From an uncultured Acidobacteriaceae bacterium (GTDB lineage Bacteria; Acidobacteriota; Terriglobia; Terriglobales; Acidobacteriaceae), in contig CAWCFQ010000004.1 of assembly GCA_963794965.1 (NCBI GenBank), forward strand, positions 654,789 through 718,788: 64,000 bases of DNA, written 5' to 3'. The translations under genes and the position numbers were made by a program. Position 1 is the first letter of the stretch. The number at the start of each line of letters is the position of its first letter. The notes under the pieces were generated by a model. That model had not been told where the DNA came from, made no database searches, and saw only the letters and a list, made by a program, of their open reading frames with translations. Below, piece after piece: positions 38,240 to 46,723 of this stretch.

Positions 38240-39118
38240 TTATATGCCGGGCCAATTCTCGGATGAGAAATACTCAAATATCGCGTGTGCCACAACCAAG
38301 GCGAATCGGGCGTCCTGGCGAGAGATGGGCGTCGGGCTTTGCGCTGTTGGCAGTGGCTCGTGTGGGCCGAGATGTAGGAACTGGCGGAACGCGGCGAATG
38401 AATCCAGAAGTTTGTCACGAACACCTGCGTGGGCGTGAGCGAGCATCTTCTCCCACGTACTTCTATCGATCTCCTTTGCCGAGTAGCACTCTGCCATCGC
38501 GTTGAATGCTGAACGCAATTCCGTCAACACATGAGGATAGTCCCCAATTCGGTAAAGTTCCTCAGCCCGTCCTAGTCGCGCACGCGCCGTCGCCATTTCC
38601 TTTCGGCTGTCTCCGGGGAAGTTGACCTCAAGCAATCTCAGGTCAGATACTCCCCAAGCCTTCAGCGCCGTATCAATCCAGTGCGAACGTGGAACTGTGA
38701 CCTGAAGAGTCATATCCTGTAGCCGTTCAAATTCGTTGGTCTGTTTCAAGGCTACCAACCCGGACAAGATGATTCTCAAGAGCAGATTGCTTCCGCTGCG
38801 AAGTTCTTCGATATGTTTTATCTGCGTCAGCGTCAGCGGCACGCTCAAGTTCACTGTTCGGTCATAGGGATTCGGCATCGAATCTTCGGCTATAGGCGGA
38901 TGCTCGACCGTCGCCACAGGGTGATTTTCATTCGACACGTAAATCTTGCCGCTCACTCTCAATAGCGTGTAGGTTGTCGGGCCGAGCGGGAGAAGTTGGA
39001 ACTTCAGCCCCAAGACCAATTGAGGATTCGCTGGCCCGCCCGTTCCGATAATGTCGGTCGATTCAAGACGAACTCGTCCGACCCCGTTCCCTTTGACAGT
39101 AAACGTAGTTTCACTCAT
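38240..39118 (-). CDS. Uncharacterised protein: beta-rich N-domain plus helical C-domain with a DUF4145-like pattern
   Basis: 292 aa with ATG 5 nt after the upstream stop. The C-terminal pattern is RAEELYRIGDYPHVLTELRSAFNAM...FRQFLHLGPHE...ISRQDARFALVVAHAIFEYF. Confidence 0.65.
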   Translation of the reverse strand: MSETTFTVKGNGVGRVRLESTDIIGTGGPANPQLVLGLKFQLLPLGPTTYTLLRVSGKIYVSNENHPVATVEHPPIAEDSMPNPYDRTVNLSVPLTLTQIKHIEELRSGSNLLLRIILSGLVALKQTNEFERLQDMTLQVTVPRSHWIDTALKAWGVSDLRLLEVNFPGDSRKEMATARARLGRAEELYRIGDYPHVLTELRSAFNAMAECYSAKEIDRSTWEKMLAHAHAGVRDKLLDSFAAFRQFLHLGPHEPLPTAQSPTPISRQDARFALVVAHAIFEYFSSENWPGI

Positions 39119-39123
39119 CGGAT

Positions 39124-39624
39124 TTACCGAGTGGTTCTGGCGAGGTCTCGCATTTTTCTGACAGTCAACTCTGCCATCTTCTCAGGCGTCACAACGCTGT
39201 CCCCGTATCCAATTCCGACTTCACTGTCGTGGTTCAGACGAAAGTGAAAAAGAAGTTCCGGCTGCTCCCATACGACAAGCCGGATTCCTTGGGGCGAGTA
39301 GTGGAAATTCCAGCTTATGATGTTCGGCCGGTAGCGGATGTTGTGCCACGTGACGTTGACTTGGCAACTTGTCGTCCCTTGTGGAGATGTGCTCCCAGAG
39401 AGTTCTTCACCCACAAGGTTCGGCAGAGCGTCAGTGTTGACTTTGAGTTCTTTGAGAAAACGCTGGAATACCTCCGGCCCTTGATTCGCAACTCGCCCCG
39501 CTGCGTCTACGGCTCGTTGGCTACGAGCCTCAGCCTCAGCAGCGGCACGATGGGTTGCCGCGTTCTGTTGCTCAATCCATTCGGTACTCACAAGCAAGAA
39601 TCCTCTACCGCAACAGTAGCACAA
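39124..39624 (-). CDS. Uncharacterised protein
   Basis: 166-aa ORF from TTG 39624. The GTG at 39591 is preceded by AGAGGA and is the more likely start. No family recognised. Confidence 0.55.
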   Translation of the reverse strand: MCYCCGRGFLLVSTEWIEQQNAATHRAAAEAEARSQRAVDAAGRVANQGPEVFQRFLKELKVNTDALPNLVGEELSGSTSPQGTTSCQVNVTWHNIRYRPNIISWNFHYSPQGIRLVVWEQPELLFHFRLNHDSEVGIGYGDSVVTPEKMAELTVRKMRDLARTTR

Positions 39625-39961
39625 TTCTATAGCGAATCAAAGGCGAAAGGGCGTAGGATGCCGGAATGGACGAGAGTCGTAAGAGAGTCATCGGGGCCGG
39701 GCGGCGATTCTGGCGAGTCTCCACATGCAGACGGCGGATGATTTGTTCGGAGGTCCGCAAGGAAGCCCACGAACGGACAAACTCATCGCCGCAAGCATTC
39801 ATTGGGCTGAGAAAATCATGGCGAAGATCGATGAGGTCTTCGGACGGTAGGCTTCGCAACAGGACGGCAGGATGGTATCGGAATGCGGACTCCGTTGCGG
39901 AGATTCTGTCTAAATGGGGAGGCAGAGCAATTGCTTTCGGGACGTGGGCGCACGAGGTCAT
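39605..39961 (-). CDS. Possible first small ORF of the operon
   Basis: 118-aa ORF starting at ATG 39961. Its composition is better than that of the Arg-rich overlapping plus-strand ORF, but the C-terminal third looks non-protein-like. Confidence 0.3.
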   Translation of the reverse strand: MTSCAHVPKAIALPPHLDRISATESAFRYHPAVLLRSLPSEDLIDLRHDFLSPMNACGDEFVRSWASLRTSEQIIRRLHVETRQNRRPAPMTLLRLSSIPASYALSPLIRYRIVLLLR

Positions 39962-40203
39962 AAAGAATCTGCGTCGTTAGGAACGAAGCGCTAGGGTTGA
40001 GGGAAAATGGGTTTTGTTCTTATTGAAGAGTGTGCAGACGAAGACAACCCCTACGAGATCCGGAGACGTGCTTCGAAGCGCGCTCACCAACCCAGGCATT
40101 CTCGAACGGTGGCCTTGACCGAGGGGAGGGGCGGATGTCAAACTAATGCTGGTAGGATTGAGAGAAAGCCTTCGGCGCGGTTTTCTCTTGTGCGCGTGTT
40201 CGC

Positions 40204-40222
40204 CGTACAATAAACGTACAAT
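40204..40222 (+). promoter_or_regulatory. Putative arm-type integrase binding sites (CGTACAAT-AAA-CGTACAAT), distal end
   Basis: Same tandem octamers, orientation and spacing as 33013-33031. Confidence 0.5.
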
Positions 40223-40302
40223 GGAAGCGGGATTGTGGGGCATTTGGGCTTTTGGGCCGAATGCAGAATCAGTAAGTTACGTGTTATCAACGTGATGGAG
40301 TA

Positions 40303-40326
40303 GTTCAAATCCCCCCTTCCGCACCA
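40303..40326 (+). repeat. attR-type direct repeat (copy of the tRNA-Leu 3' end)
   Basis: Exact 24-nt match to 32943-32966. Confidence 0.9.
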
Positions 40327-40384
40327 TCATTTTAATTCCACCGGAATTTGAAACGGGCCGCGGCCCCGACGGAGTTTGTTTGCA

Positions 40385-40735
40385 ATGACCATTTTGATCC
40401 TGCTGGTTCACGTTTTCGTTTGTTTCTTCCTGATTGCCGTAGTGTTGCTGCAGAGCGGAAAGAGCGGCGACTTGGCTGCGGCTTTTGGCGGGCAGGGCAG
40501 CCAGACTGCGTTTGGCCCACGGGGCGCAGCTTCGGCTCTTTCCCGCGCGACCACATGGTCCGCGATCATCTTCATGATCACCTCCATCACGCTCTCGATC
40601 TTTGCCGCGCGGAAAACTGGACCCACCTCCGTGCTCTCTGGAGTAAAGCCTTCGCAGACCAAGTCGCAGCCGGCGACGCCAGCCCCATCCGTCCCGCCGA
40701 CGGTTCCGCAAAATCAGGCGCCAACGCAAAAATAA
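40385..40735 (+). CDS. secG: Preprotein translocase subunit SecG
   Basis: [22 protein letters not shown]...AFGPRGA...LSRATTW is the SecG pattern. The ATG at 40385 is preceded by GGAG. Confidence 0.88.
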   Translation: MTILILLVHVFVCFFLIAVVLLQSGKSGDLAAAFGGQGSQTAFGPRGAASALSRATTWSAIIFMITSITLSIFAARKTGPTSVLSGVKPSQTKSQPATPAPSVPPTVPQNQAPTQK

Positions 40736-40736
40736 A

Positions 40737-40855
40737 GTGTCAGGTCTCAGGTCCCAGGAAAGCCAAAATCTGAACGTTCGGATTTCAAGCTTCTCGCATT
40801 TACGTCTACCCGCACAGAGTTCTTCCTGCGACCTGACACCTGAGACCTGACACCT
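40737..40855. repeat. Word hairpin with long spacer, GTGTCAGG / CCTGAGAC family
   Basis: Left arm is gtgtcaggtctcaggtcccagg followed by aaagcc. Right arm is cctgcgacctgacacctgagacctgacacct. It lies between convergent secG and an MBL hydrolase and overlaps the hydrolase stop codon. Confidence 0.65.
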
Positions 40856-41492
40856 AGCCTTTCAGAAACGGATTCTCTTCCCTTTCCTCTCCAATGGTCG
40901 TACGTGGCCCGTGCCCCGGAATCACAATCGTCTCATCCGGCAGCGTTAGCACTCGTTCGTGCAGCGAGCGCATGATTTTCTCGAACGAGCCTCCTGGTAG
41001 ATCGGTGCGTCCAATGCTGCCGGCGAACAGCGTGTCGCCCGCGATTAGCATTTGTTCCGCGGGGAAATAGAGGCAAACGCTGCCCTCGGTGTGTCCCGGC
41101 GTGTGGAGAACGTTCGCGGTCAAGCTGCCAGTCCGCAGTCGTTCGCCATCCGCGATACTCGCTTCGATCGCAACTTCACCCGGCGCGGCCATGCCTACCC
41201 ATGTAGCCTGCACGTCAAGCATCTTCAGCAGCGCGTAGTCATTCTGATTAAGCAGGATGGGCGCGCCAGTAACCGCACGCAGCTTCATCGCTCCGCCCAC
41301 GTGATCGATGTGCGCGTGGGTGATGACGATTTGCTTCACCGCCAGCTTGTGCTGGCGGACGATGGTAAGAACGTCCTCAATGTCGTCACCCGGATCGATG
41401 ACCATGGCTTCGTGCGTGGTCTCATCGCCGATGATCGAGCAGTTGCATTGCAGCGGGCCGACAGGAAGGATCTTGTGAATCATCCGATCCAT
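40854..41492 (-). CDS. MBL-fold metallo-hydrolase (glyoxalase II-like)
   Basis: ITHAHIDHVGG, HTPGHTEGS and GDTLF motifs. Confidence 0.88.
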   Translation of the reverse strand: MDRMIHKILPVGPLQCNCSIIGDETTHEAMVIDPGDDIEDVLTIVRQHKLAVKQIVITHAHIDHVGGAMKLRAVTGAPILLNQNDYALLKMLDVQATWVGMAAPGEVAIEASIADGERLRTGSLTANVLHTPGHTEGSVCLYFPAEQMLIAGDTLFAGSIGRTDLPGGSFEKIMRSLHERVLTLPDETIVIPGHGPRTTIGEEREENPFLKG

Positions 41493-41501
41493 TGTAAAGA
41501 A

Positions 41502-41595
41502 GTTAGAGGTCAGAAGTCAGATTGCAGAAGTAAAACCCGCGAACTCTTGACCAAAGGGTTTTACTTCTGCAATCTGACCTCTAACCTCTGACCTC
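41502..41595. repeat. Long hairpin with 23-bp perfect stem plus GAGGTCAGA word arms
   Basis: gtcagattgcagaagtaaaaccc (41516-41538) pairs perfectly with gggttttacttctgcaatctgac (41556-41578) around a 17-nt loop. The flanks are gttagaggtcagaa / ctctaacctctgacctc. Confidence 0.8.
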
Positions 41596-41597
41596 GC

Positions 41598-42773
41598 CTA
41601 CGATGCCACCTCAATCTGCCCCGTAGTCTGATCCGACCGAAAGCGCAGCAGCGCCGCGATGTTCCCGGCGTTATCCAGATCGCTGTGTTCCTTGAGGTAG
41701 AACAATTCGATGTCGCGACGGATCGCGATCGGAATGATGGCATCCGAGACGTCGGCGAGTTCGCGAGTGCGGCTTCCGCAAGCCACGCACAACGGGACGA
41801 CATGCGCATCGATGTGGCCGCAATTCGGGCACTCAACCGCCCGAGCCGAATAGTTTTCAGCGAGAAAAATGCTCTGCACTTCCCCGGTTTCCAATGCGCG
41901 CAGCACGCGGCGCAGGCCGGTGACCCCGCGTCCGTTGGACTTGGCAAGATCCACCGCTTCGCTCGCCTTCCGCGAAGCGCGTTCCGCCATCCAGCGATTC
42001 AGGACGGCGCCGGCGTGATCGCGAATCTCTTCATTCGAAACGCTGGCAACGTCAGCAGAGAATCGCCCAATCAAGCGCTGCTTCACGTAAGGATGCAGGT
42101 GGGCCTCGAACTCCGGCCAGTTGGCATCCTGGCAACCGACAATGAGCCGCTCCCAGATACCTTTTTCGAAGTCGATCCGCAAGCGCTCGGAAACCGACTT
42201 GAAATGCTGGAGCGCTTCTTCTGACACACGCCGTTCCGCATGTCCGCCTTCGTAGCCGTTGTATCCGTAGCTGGAAGCGTTGCGCGAGAGCATATGGACT
42301 ATGGCTCCGCGTTCCCGCAGATCATCCAGTCGGAGATCAAAGATGCGGGCCCGCTGCCGGTCGACCATGGCCACGCACAGCGCCGGTTGCGCTCCCAGCA
42401 AAGCTGCCAGCGGTTTCAACTGAAAGCGGGGTTGAAGATAAATTTGCGTGCCTCCAAGATGCGGCGGCAATTCGTACTCCCTCCAGAAATTCTGAGCCGA
42501 GCAGGCGAACACTGCCCTTCCGCGGGCATTCCCGCGCAGGTTCGTGGCCACCTCCAGCACGCGATCCAGGTCGGCATGCAGCGATCCGTTCTTGCCGATC
42601 GCGGCCGCGCTTTTCAGCGCCTGCTTCACCACATCTTTGGCAACAATGACCTCACGGCGATGCGAGCGATCCTGCGGAGGATCGGGCTGGAAGTAGAAAC
42701 TCAGGGCACACGCCCCTTTGTTTTCGTCCACTTGAAAGGCCGCCAACTCACGGATTTCATCCCGGGTCATCAT
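41598..42773 (-). CDS. eRF1/Pelota-like (baeRF-type) protein with C-terminal zinc ribbon
   Basis: N-terminus ACALSFYFQPDPP...R is typical of bacterial aeRF1-like families. GLRRVLRALETGEVQSIFL resembles eRF1 domain 3. A CPNCGH...CVACGS ribbon is present. Assignment is from recalled patterns only. Confidence 0.6.
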   Translation of the reverse strand: MMTRDEIRELAAFQVDENKGACALSFYFQPDPPQDRSHRREVIVAKDVVKQALKSAAAIGKNGSLHADLDRVLEVATNLRGNARGRAVFACSAQNFWREYELPPHLGGTQIYLQPRFQLKPLAALLGAQPALCVAMVDRQRARIFDLRLDDLRERGAIVHMLSRNASSYGYNGYEGGHAERRVSEEALQHFKSVSERLRIDFEKGIWERLIVGCQDANWPEFEAHLHPYVKQRLIGRFSADVASVSNEEIRDHAGAVLNRWMAERASRKASEAVDLAKSNGRGVTGLRRVLRALETGEVQSIFLAENYSARAVECPNCGHIDAHVVPLCVACGSRTRELADVSDAIIPIAIRRDIELFYLKEHSDLDNAGNIAALLRFRSDQTTGQIEVAS

Positions 42774-42814
42774 CTCGACGCTCCTTAAATACTGAGATGC
42801 TGGTTCTGAGCCGC

Positions 42815-43861
42815 TTAGATTCGAGTTTTGACCAAGAGTTCCTGGTGGAACTCGTTGGCAATGGAAGGCGCGGAGCGAACGCAGTCGCGCGCCCGCTGCA
42901 CGGACTCGCGCACCGCCTCCACATGCCGCCCGGTGATGGCGGCAATTTCGTTGAGGGAAAAGCCTTCTATGCCGTAAAGCAGGAAAGCTTCACGGTCGGT
43001 GCGGTCGGCCCCGCGGAGAGCGGCTTGCACCAAAGCAATCACTTCGTCGGAGTACGCCGCCTGCTCCGGAGTAGACACCCGGCGATCGGGGATAGCGCTT
43101 TCCCGCGTCCAACCCTCGTCCGGCTGATGGAATTGCAATCCAACTTCGTCCGAAGCTTGGACATTCTGACGGCGGCGGCTGTCTTCGAGATGCAGAGCCT
43201 CGGGACTCTCCAATTCACGAAGGCGCGCCGTCATCTCGTTCATCGCTTGCAGGGCAAGGTGGTAAAGCCAAGGCTCGAGCGATAGTTTTTCCGGACGGTC
43301 GTTACCCCCGAGAGCTCGCGCGATGACTTCGTTCACCACCTCGGGGGTGGAGAGACCATCCTCCGGAATCTCCTCGTCGGCGCGGCGGAAATGGAGCTCC
43401 CGCTCCACAAAACGCTCGAGGCGGCCAAGGTTCACGTTCACATAGGAGCCGATATCGTCGGCGGAAATCGTAGGCGGCATGACCGCTGCCAGCGTCTGCT
43501 CGAAGGGCACGCCGGGCTCCGGAGATTCCTGCGCCCCTCCGCGCCAGCGCCGCCATTTGTGGCTCGAGCGCAGCAATTCCTTATGCCGCCCGATCTGCTG
43601 GATGAGTTCGTCGAAGGCAGCCTTGATGGCCGCGGTGGCGCTGGGAGCTTTCTCTTGGACCGTCAGTTGGCCCGAGGGCAAACGCAGATTCAAGGAGACC
43701 AGCGTTCCAGGGCGCGTCGAATTCTGATCGACAATGGCTTTCAAATGAACCAGTTCAGGCCGGAAGACCTGAATCCGCTTCTGAATTTTTTCGATCTGGT
43801 GGCTGATTTCTTTTTCGATGTCGGGAGTTTTGTGGACCTTGTAACTGACGTGAACGTTCAT
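42815..43861 (-). CDS. Fusion protein: N-terminal HPF/RaiA (S30AE) ribosome-hibernation domain plus C-terminal ECF-sigma-like regions 2 and 4
   Basis: From ATG 43861, MNVHVSYKVHKTPDIEKEISHQIEKIQKRIQVF...LNLRLPSGQLTVQEKAPSATAAIKAAFDELIQQIGRHKELL is collinear with E. coli HPF. The C-terminus carries PWLYHLALQAMNEM (region 2-like) and REAFLLYGIEGFSLNEIAAITGRHVEAVRESVQRARDCV (region 4 HTH). Confidence 0.7.
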   Translation of the reverse strand: MNVHVSYKVHKTPDIEKEISHQIEKIQKRIQVFRPELVHLKAIVDQNSTRPGTLVSLNLRLPSGQLTVQEKAPSATAAIKAAFDELIQQIGRHKELLRSSHKWRRWRGGAQESPEPGVPFEQTLAAVMPPTISADDIGSYVNVNLGRLERFVERELHFRRADEEIPEDGLSTPEVVNEVIARALGGNDRPEKLSLEPWLYHLALQAMNEMTARLRELESPEALHLEDSRRRQNVQASDEVGLQFHQPDEGWTRESAIPDRRVSTPEQAAYSDEVIALVQAALRGADRTDREAFLLYGIEGFSLNEIAAITGRHVEAVRESVQRARDCVRSAPSIANEFHQELLVKTRI

Positions 43862-44023
43862 TTTCGAGCCTCGAACCCGGAAAGAAAGTCCGTGAAGCTG
43901 CGACCCTGACAAATTCATTGTACACCCGGTCGGAAGGAGCGAAACCGCCTTTGGTGGCAAGGTGGCATCCCGGCTCTCATCTTCAAATGGGGGCAGGACT
44001 ACGCGTCATTAAGAGAATCAGAT

Positions 44024-45289
44024 TTATTGTCTTGGAGTCACAGCCAGGCGCAACCGGCTCGCCACTGGTCGACCATCTTTGAATGCCGGAATGAATTTCC
44101 AGGCCAATGCTGCGTTGATAAGGTCTGAGTCCACGTTTTTCACTTTCCCCGCCGGTTCGGCCGATCTCACTTTTCCTGCTCCGTCAATCACAAGATCCAG
44201 GAACCATTCCGCCTCCGCCCCGCCCTGCCGCCGAACCTTCGGCACGGGAGGGCGCAGAAGCAGGATGGCCCTAGGAGGGATGACCTCCAATTTGCGGTTC
44301 GGTCCCGACCGGCTAACAGCGTCAAATATGTGCGCACGTTTTTCCCTGCCCCGAGGAGAACCCGTGGACACACCGTCAGCTTGACTGTGAATTCCACGAG
44401 CCCGAGCACTCTCCAGGGCGGCATGAATCCGATCGACATCGGCAGCAGGCCACATTTCAGCCAGGGAACGCCAAGCCTCCTGCTCGCGTCCGCTGTAGAG
44501 ATAAGCCCAAACGAGTTCCAAAATTTTGATCTTCGCCATCCGCAAGCGGTGCAACCGCTCCGCGGACGTGGAGGGTGTTGCCACCAATTTGCCATCGCTG
44601 CCTTTGAAGTCTTCCAGATCCTGCGAGCGCATCCCAGCCCGTATTTTCGCGATTGTATCGTCGAAGTAACGTTGGAACTCGGCGCTCACATCCAGCAATC
44701 GTCCGTGTGCAAACCGGAAAGCCACGCCCGGAGCCGAGTCCAATTCGCCCAAGGCCAGATTTTCGAAGCCATTCAGCGCAGCCGCATCTGTAGTCCAGAT
44801 TTCGGCCCTTCCATCAAGATCGATATCCGACGCGCTGTAGAAATCTCCTCCGGTAATGGTGCGCAATAAACGCGGCGGCTTTTCCAGGGAATAGAGCTTA
44901 TATTCCATGCAGCAGTCAGCGTCGGACTTCTTGATCTGAAAAGCGGCCATCGGGATGCCATCCCCCAGGTCCACGCCGAATGCGTCGAGATCAAGCTGCG
45001 CCACGCCCGTTGCGACCACCAGTTCTTGGTTTTCCCAGCTAAGCTTTGCCGCGCAAGCACGCGTCGCCAATTCCCCGTTTCGCGCCGCCCCCACGTGCAC
45101 CCTGATCCCAGTGCGAAACTCCGCATCAAAACTTCCGCTCCCGCCATTGCAAAGGACGCGATCCTGCGTTTGACAAAGGCTCAGCGTCGTCCAGAATACG
45201 CACCCGAGAAAAATCCCCGCTGCGGCCAACCGGCGACAGAGCCAAGCACGCGGAAAAAGCCCGTGAAGCGGCAGTCCGAACAAGCCCAT
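44024..45289 (-). CDS. Secreted hypothetical protein with TonB-C-like C-terminal domain
   Basis: Signal/anchor AAAGIFLGCVFWTTLSLCQ, an FG-GAP-like ASDIDLDGRAEIW, and a C-terminus LINAALAWKFIPAFKDGRPVASRLRLAV. Confidence 0.55.
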   Translation of the reverse strand: MGLFGLPLHGLFPRAWLCRRLAAAGIFLGCVFWTTLSLCQTQDRVLCNGGSGSFDAEFRTGIRVHVGAARNGELATRACAAKLSWENQELVVATGVAQLDLDAFGVDLGDGIPMAAFQIKKSDADCCMEYKLYSLEKPPRLLRTITGGDFYSASDIDLDGRAEIWTTDAAALNGFENLALGELDSAPGVAFRFAHGRLLDVSAEFQRYFDDTIAKIRAGMRSQDLEDFKGSDGKLVATPSTSAERLHRLRMAKIKILELVWAYLYSGREQEAWRSLAEMWPAADVDRIHAALESARARGIHSQADGVSTGSPRGREKRAHIFDAVSRSGPNRKLEVIPPRAILLLRPPVPKVRRQGGAEAEWFLDLVIDGAGKVRSAEPAGKVKNVDSDLINAALAWKFIPAFKDGRPVASRLRLAVTPRQ

Positions 45290-45351
45290 TTGTACACCCG
45301 AAGGAACGGAGTGGAACCGCGCTCAAGGCGAGTAGCTCGAAGCTCGCCGCT

Positions 45352-46587
45352 TTACTTCATGTAGACCGAATCCTTCCGTAGCTCCTCCGGCAGCACCACC
45401 GGGAATGGCGGGAATTCATGCGAGACGCCCTTGAATAACGGAACTGTGGCCTCCAAGCGCTTGCTGCCATCATGCACCGCGAACTTCTTTGGCTTATCCG
45501 CAGCGCCGCTCCACAGAGACACGCCGGCGTAAGCGCCGTCCTTGCGCAGGATGTAGTAGGTCATGTCCATGAACTTGAGCTTGTTCATGTCATTGTTGTA
45601 GTTGCGGGCAACGCGCTTGAGCGCGTCCATGCCTGCTTCGACCGGCGACATGCCGTGCCGCATGTTTTCGACGATGGTGTGCGCTCCGGCAACCTTGATG
45701 TTCTCTTCTCCGCTGCCAGTGGCGCCCGCCGAGCCCACATCCTGATCGGTGTAGCATCCGGCGCCGATAATCGGCGAATCGCCGCAACGCCCTGGGAGTT
45801 TGAAAGCCAGTCCGCTGGTCGTCGTGCAACCGGAGATTTCACCTTTGTCGTTAAGCGCGGAACAGTGAATGGTCCCGTGCGGTGGAACCAGAACGCGCCG
45901 GATTGCCGCCATGCGGAATTCCCGTTCGATGCCCAGCTGGTCTGCGCGCTCTTCCAGGCGTCGGAGGCCTTGCTCCCAAAGTTCGGATTGCGGTGGGGTA
46001 GTTGGCGGAGTTGTCGGTAACGACGGCGGCTTCCACTGCGGGTCCGACATTCCCTGTCCCCACCAGTCGTCCGTCGAGTGATACTCCTTCCACAGCAACC
46101 AGATTTTGCGCGACCGTTCGGTAAGCAGATTTTCGCGAGGGAAACCTACGGCAACGGCGAATCGTTCGGCGCCGTCGCCGACCAGCATGACATGCCCGGT
46201 GTGCTCCATCACAGCTTTGGATACCAACGAAACATTCTTGATGTTCCGCACGCCGCCCACCGATCCGGCGCGCCGCGTAGGCCCATGCATGCAGCAAGCG
46301 TCAAGTTCGACCACCCCTTCTTCGTTCGGAAGTCCGCCCAGCCCGACGCTATCGTCGTTGGGATCGTCTTCCGGACCCTTGACCACGCGCAGCGCAGCGT
46401 CCAATGTGTCGCCGCCGTTTTTCAGGAAAGCGAATGCGTCATCGAGGTAATTAAGGCCATTCTTGGCGCAGATGATGATCGGCCGCTTGCCCGGCCGCAA
46501 ACTTTCATCCTTAATCTCTGCGTTCAAACCGGTCACCAGGGATGCGGCGACCGCCGACTCCAGAAATCCACGACGAGTTATAGACAT
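45352..46587 (-). CDS. Ntn-hydrolase glycosylasparaginase / isoaspartyl peptidase family, Tat-type signal
   Basis: MSITRRGFLESAVAASL, the HGTIHCSAL...CTTTSG autoprocessing region, and GDSPIIGAGCY. Confidence 0.8.
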   Translation of the reverse strand: MSITRRGFLESAVAASLVTGLNAEIKDESLRPGKRPIIICAKNGLNYLDDAFAFLKNGGDTLDAALRVVKGPEDDPNDDSVGLGGLPNEEGVVELDACCMHGPTRRAGSVGGVRNIKNVSLVSKAVMEHTGHVMLVGDGAERFAVAVGFPRENLLTERSRKIWLLWKEYHSTDDWWGQGMSDPQWKPPSLPTTPPTTPPQSELWEQGLRRLEERADQLGIEREFRMAAIRRVLVPPHGTIHCSALNDKGEISGCTTTSGLAFKLPGRCGDSPIIGAGCYTDQDVGSAGATGSGEENIKVAGAHTIVENMRHGMSPVEAGMDALKRVARNYNNDMNKLKFMDMTYYILRKDGAYAGVSLWSGAADKPKKFAVHDGSKRLEATVPLFKGVSHEFPPFPVVLPEELRKDSVYMK

Positions 46588-46630
46588 GAATGCTCCACTA
46601 GCAGCTTGCGGAAAAACTTGGATTCTTGCC

Positions 46631-46705
46631 TCTGTTTTGAAGGGGCGCGGCTTCAGCCACGCCGTAAGTGCACAAAATCAACGACGGCTCTAGCCGTTGA
46701 CGCTG
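46631..46705 (+). repeat. Two-hairpin dispersed repeat, copy A
   Basis: ggcgcggc-ttca-gccacgcc followed by acggct-ct-agccgt. Aligns with 48400-48475 and 63197-63268. Confidence 0.65.
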
Positions 46706-46723
46706 CAGTACCGTAACACAACC

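Larger units (their letters stand above)
32943..40326 (+). mobile_element. Integrative genomic island inserted at the 3' end of tRNA-Leu(GAG)
   Basis: Exact 24-bp direct repeat GTTCAAATCCCCCCTTCCGCACCA at 32943-32966 and 40303-40326. An integrase lies adjacent to the tRNA. Matching CGTACAAT-N3-CGTACAAT pairs lie inside both ends. Confidence 0.85.

Noticed and set aside
39666-39980. 104-aa plus-strand ORF at the distal end of the island
   Set aside because: It is very Arg-rich (RRFWRVSTCRRRMI...) and lies antisense to a slightly more plausible minus-strand ORF. I treat it as a shadow, though neither ORF is well supported.
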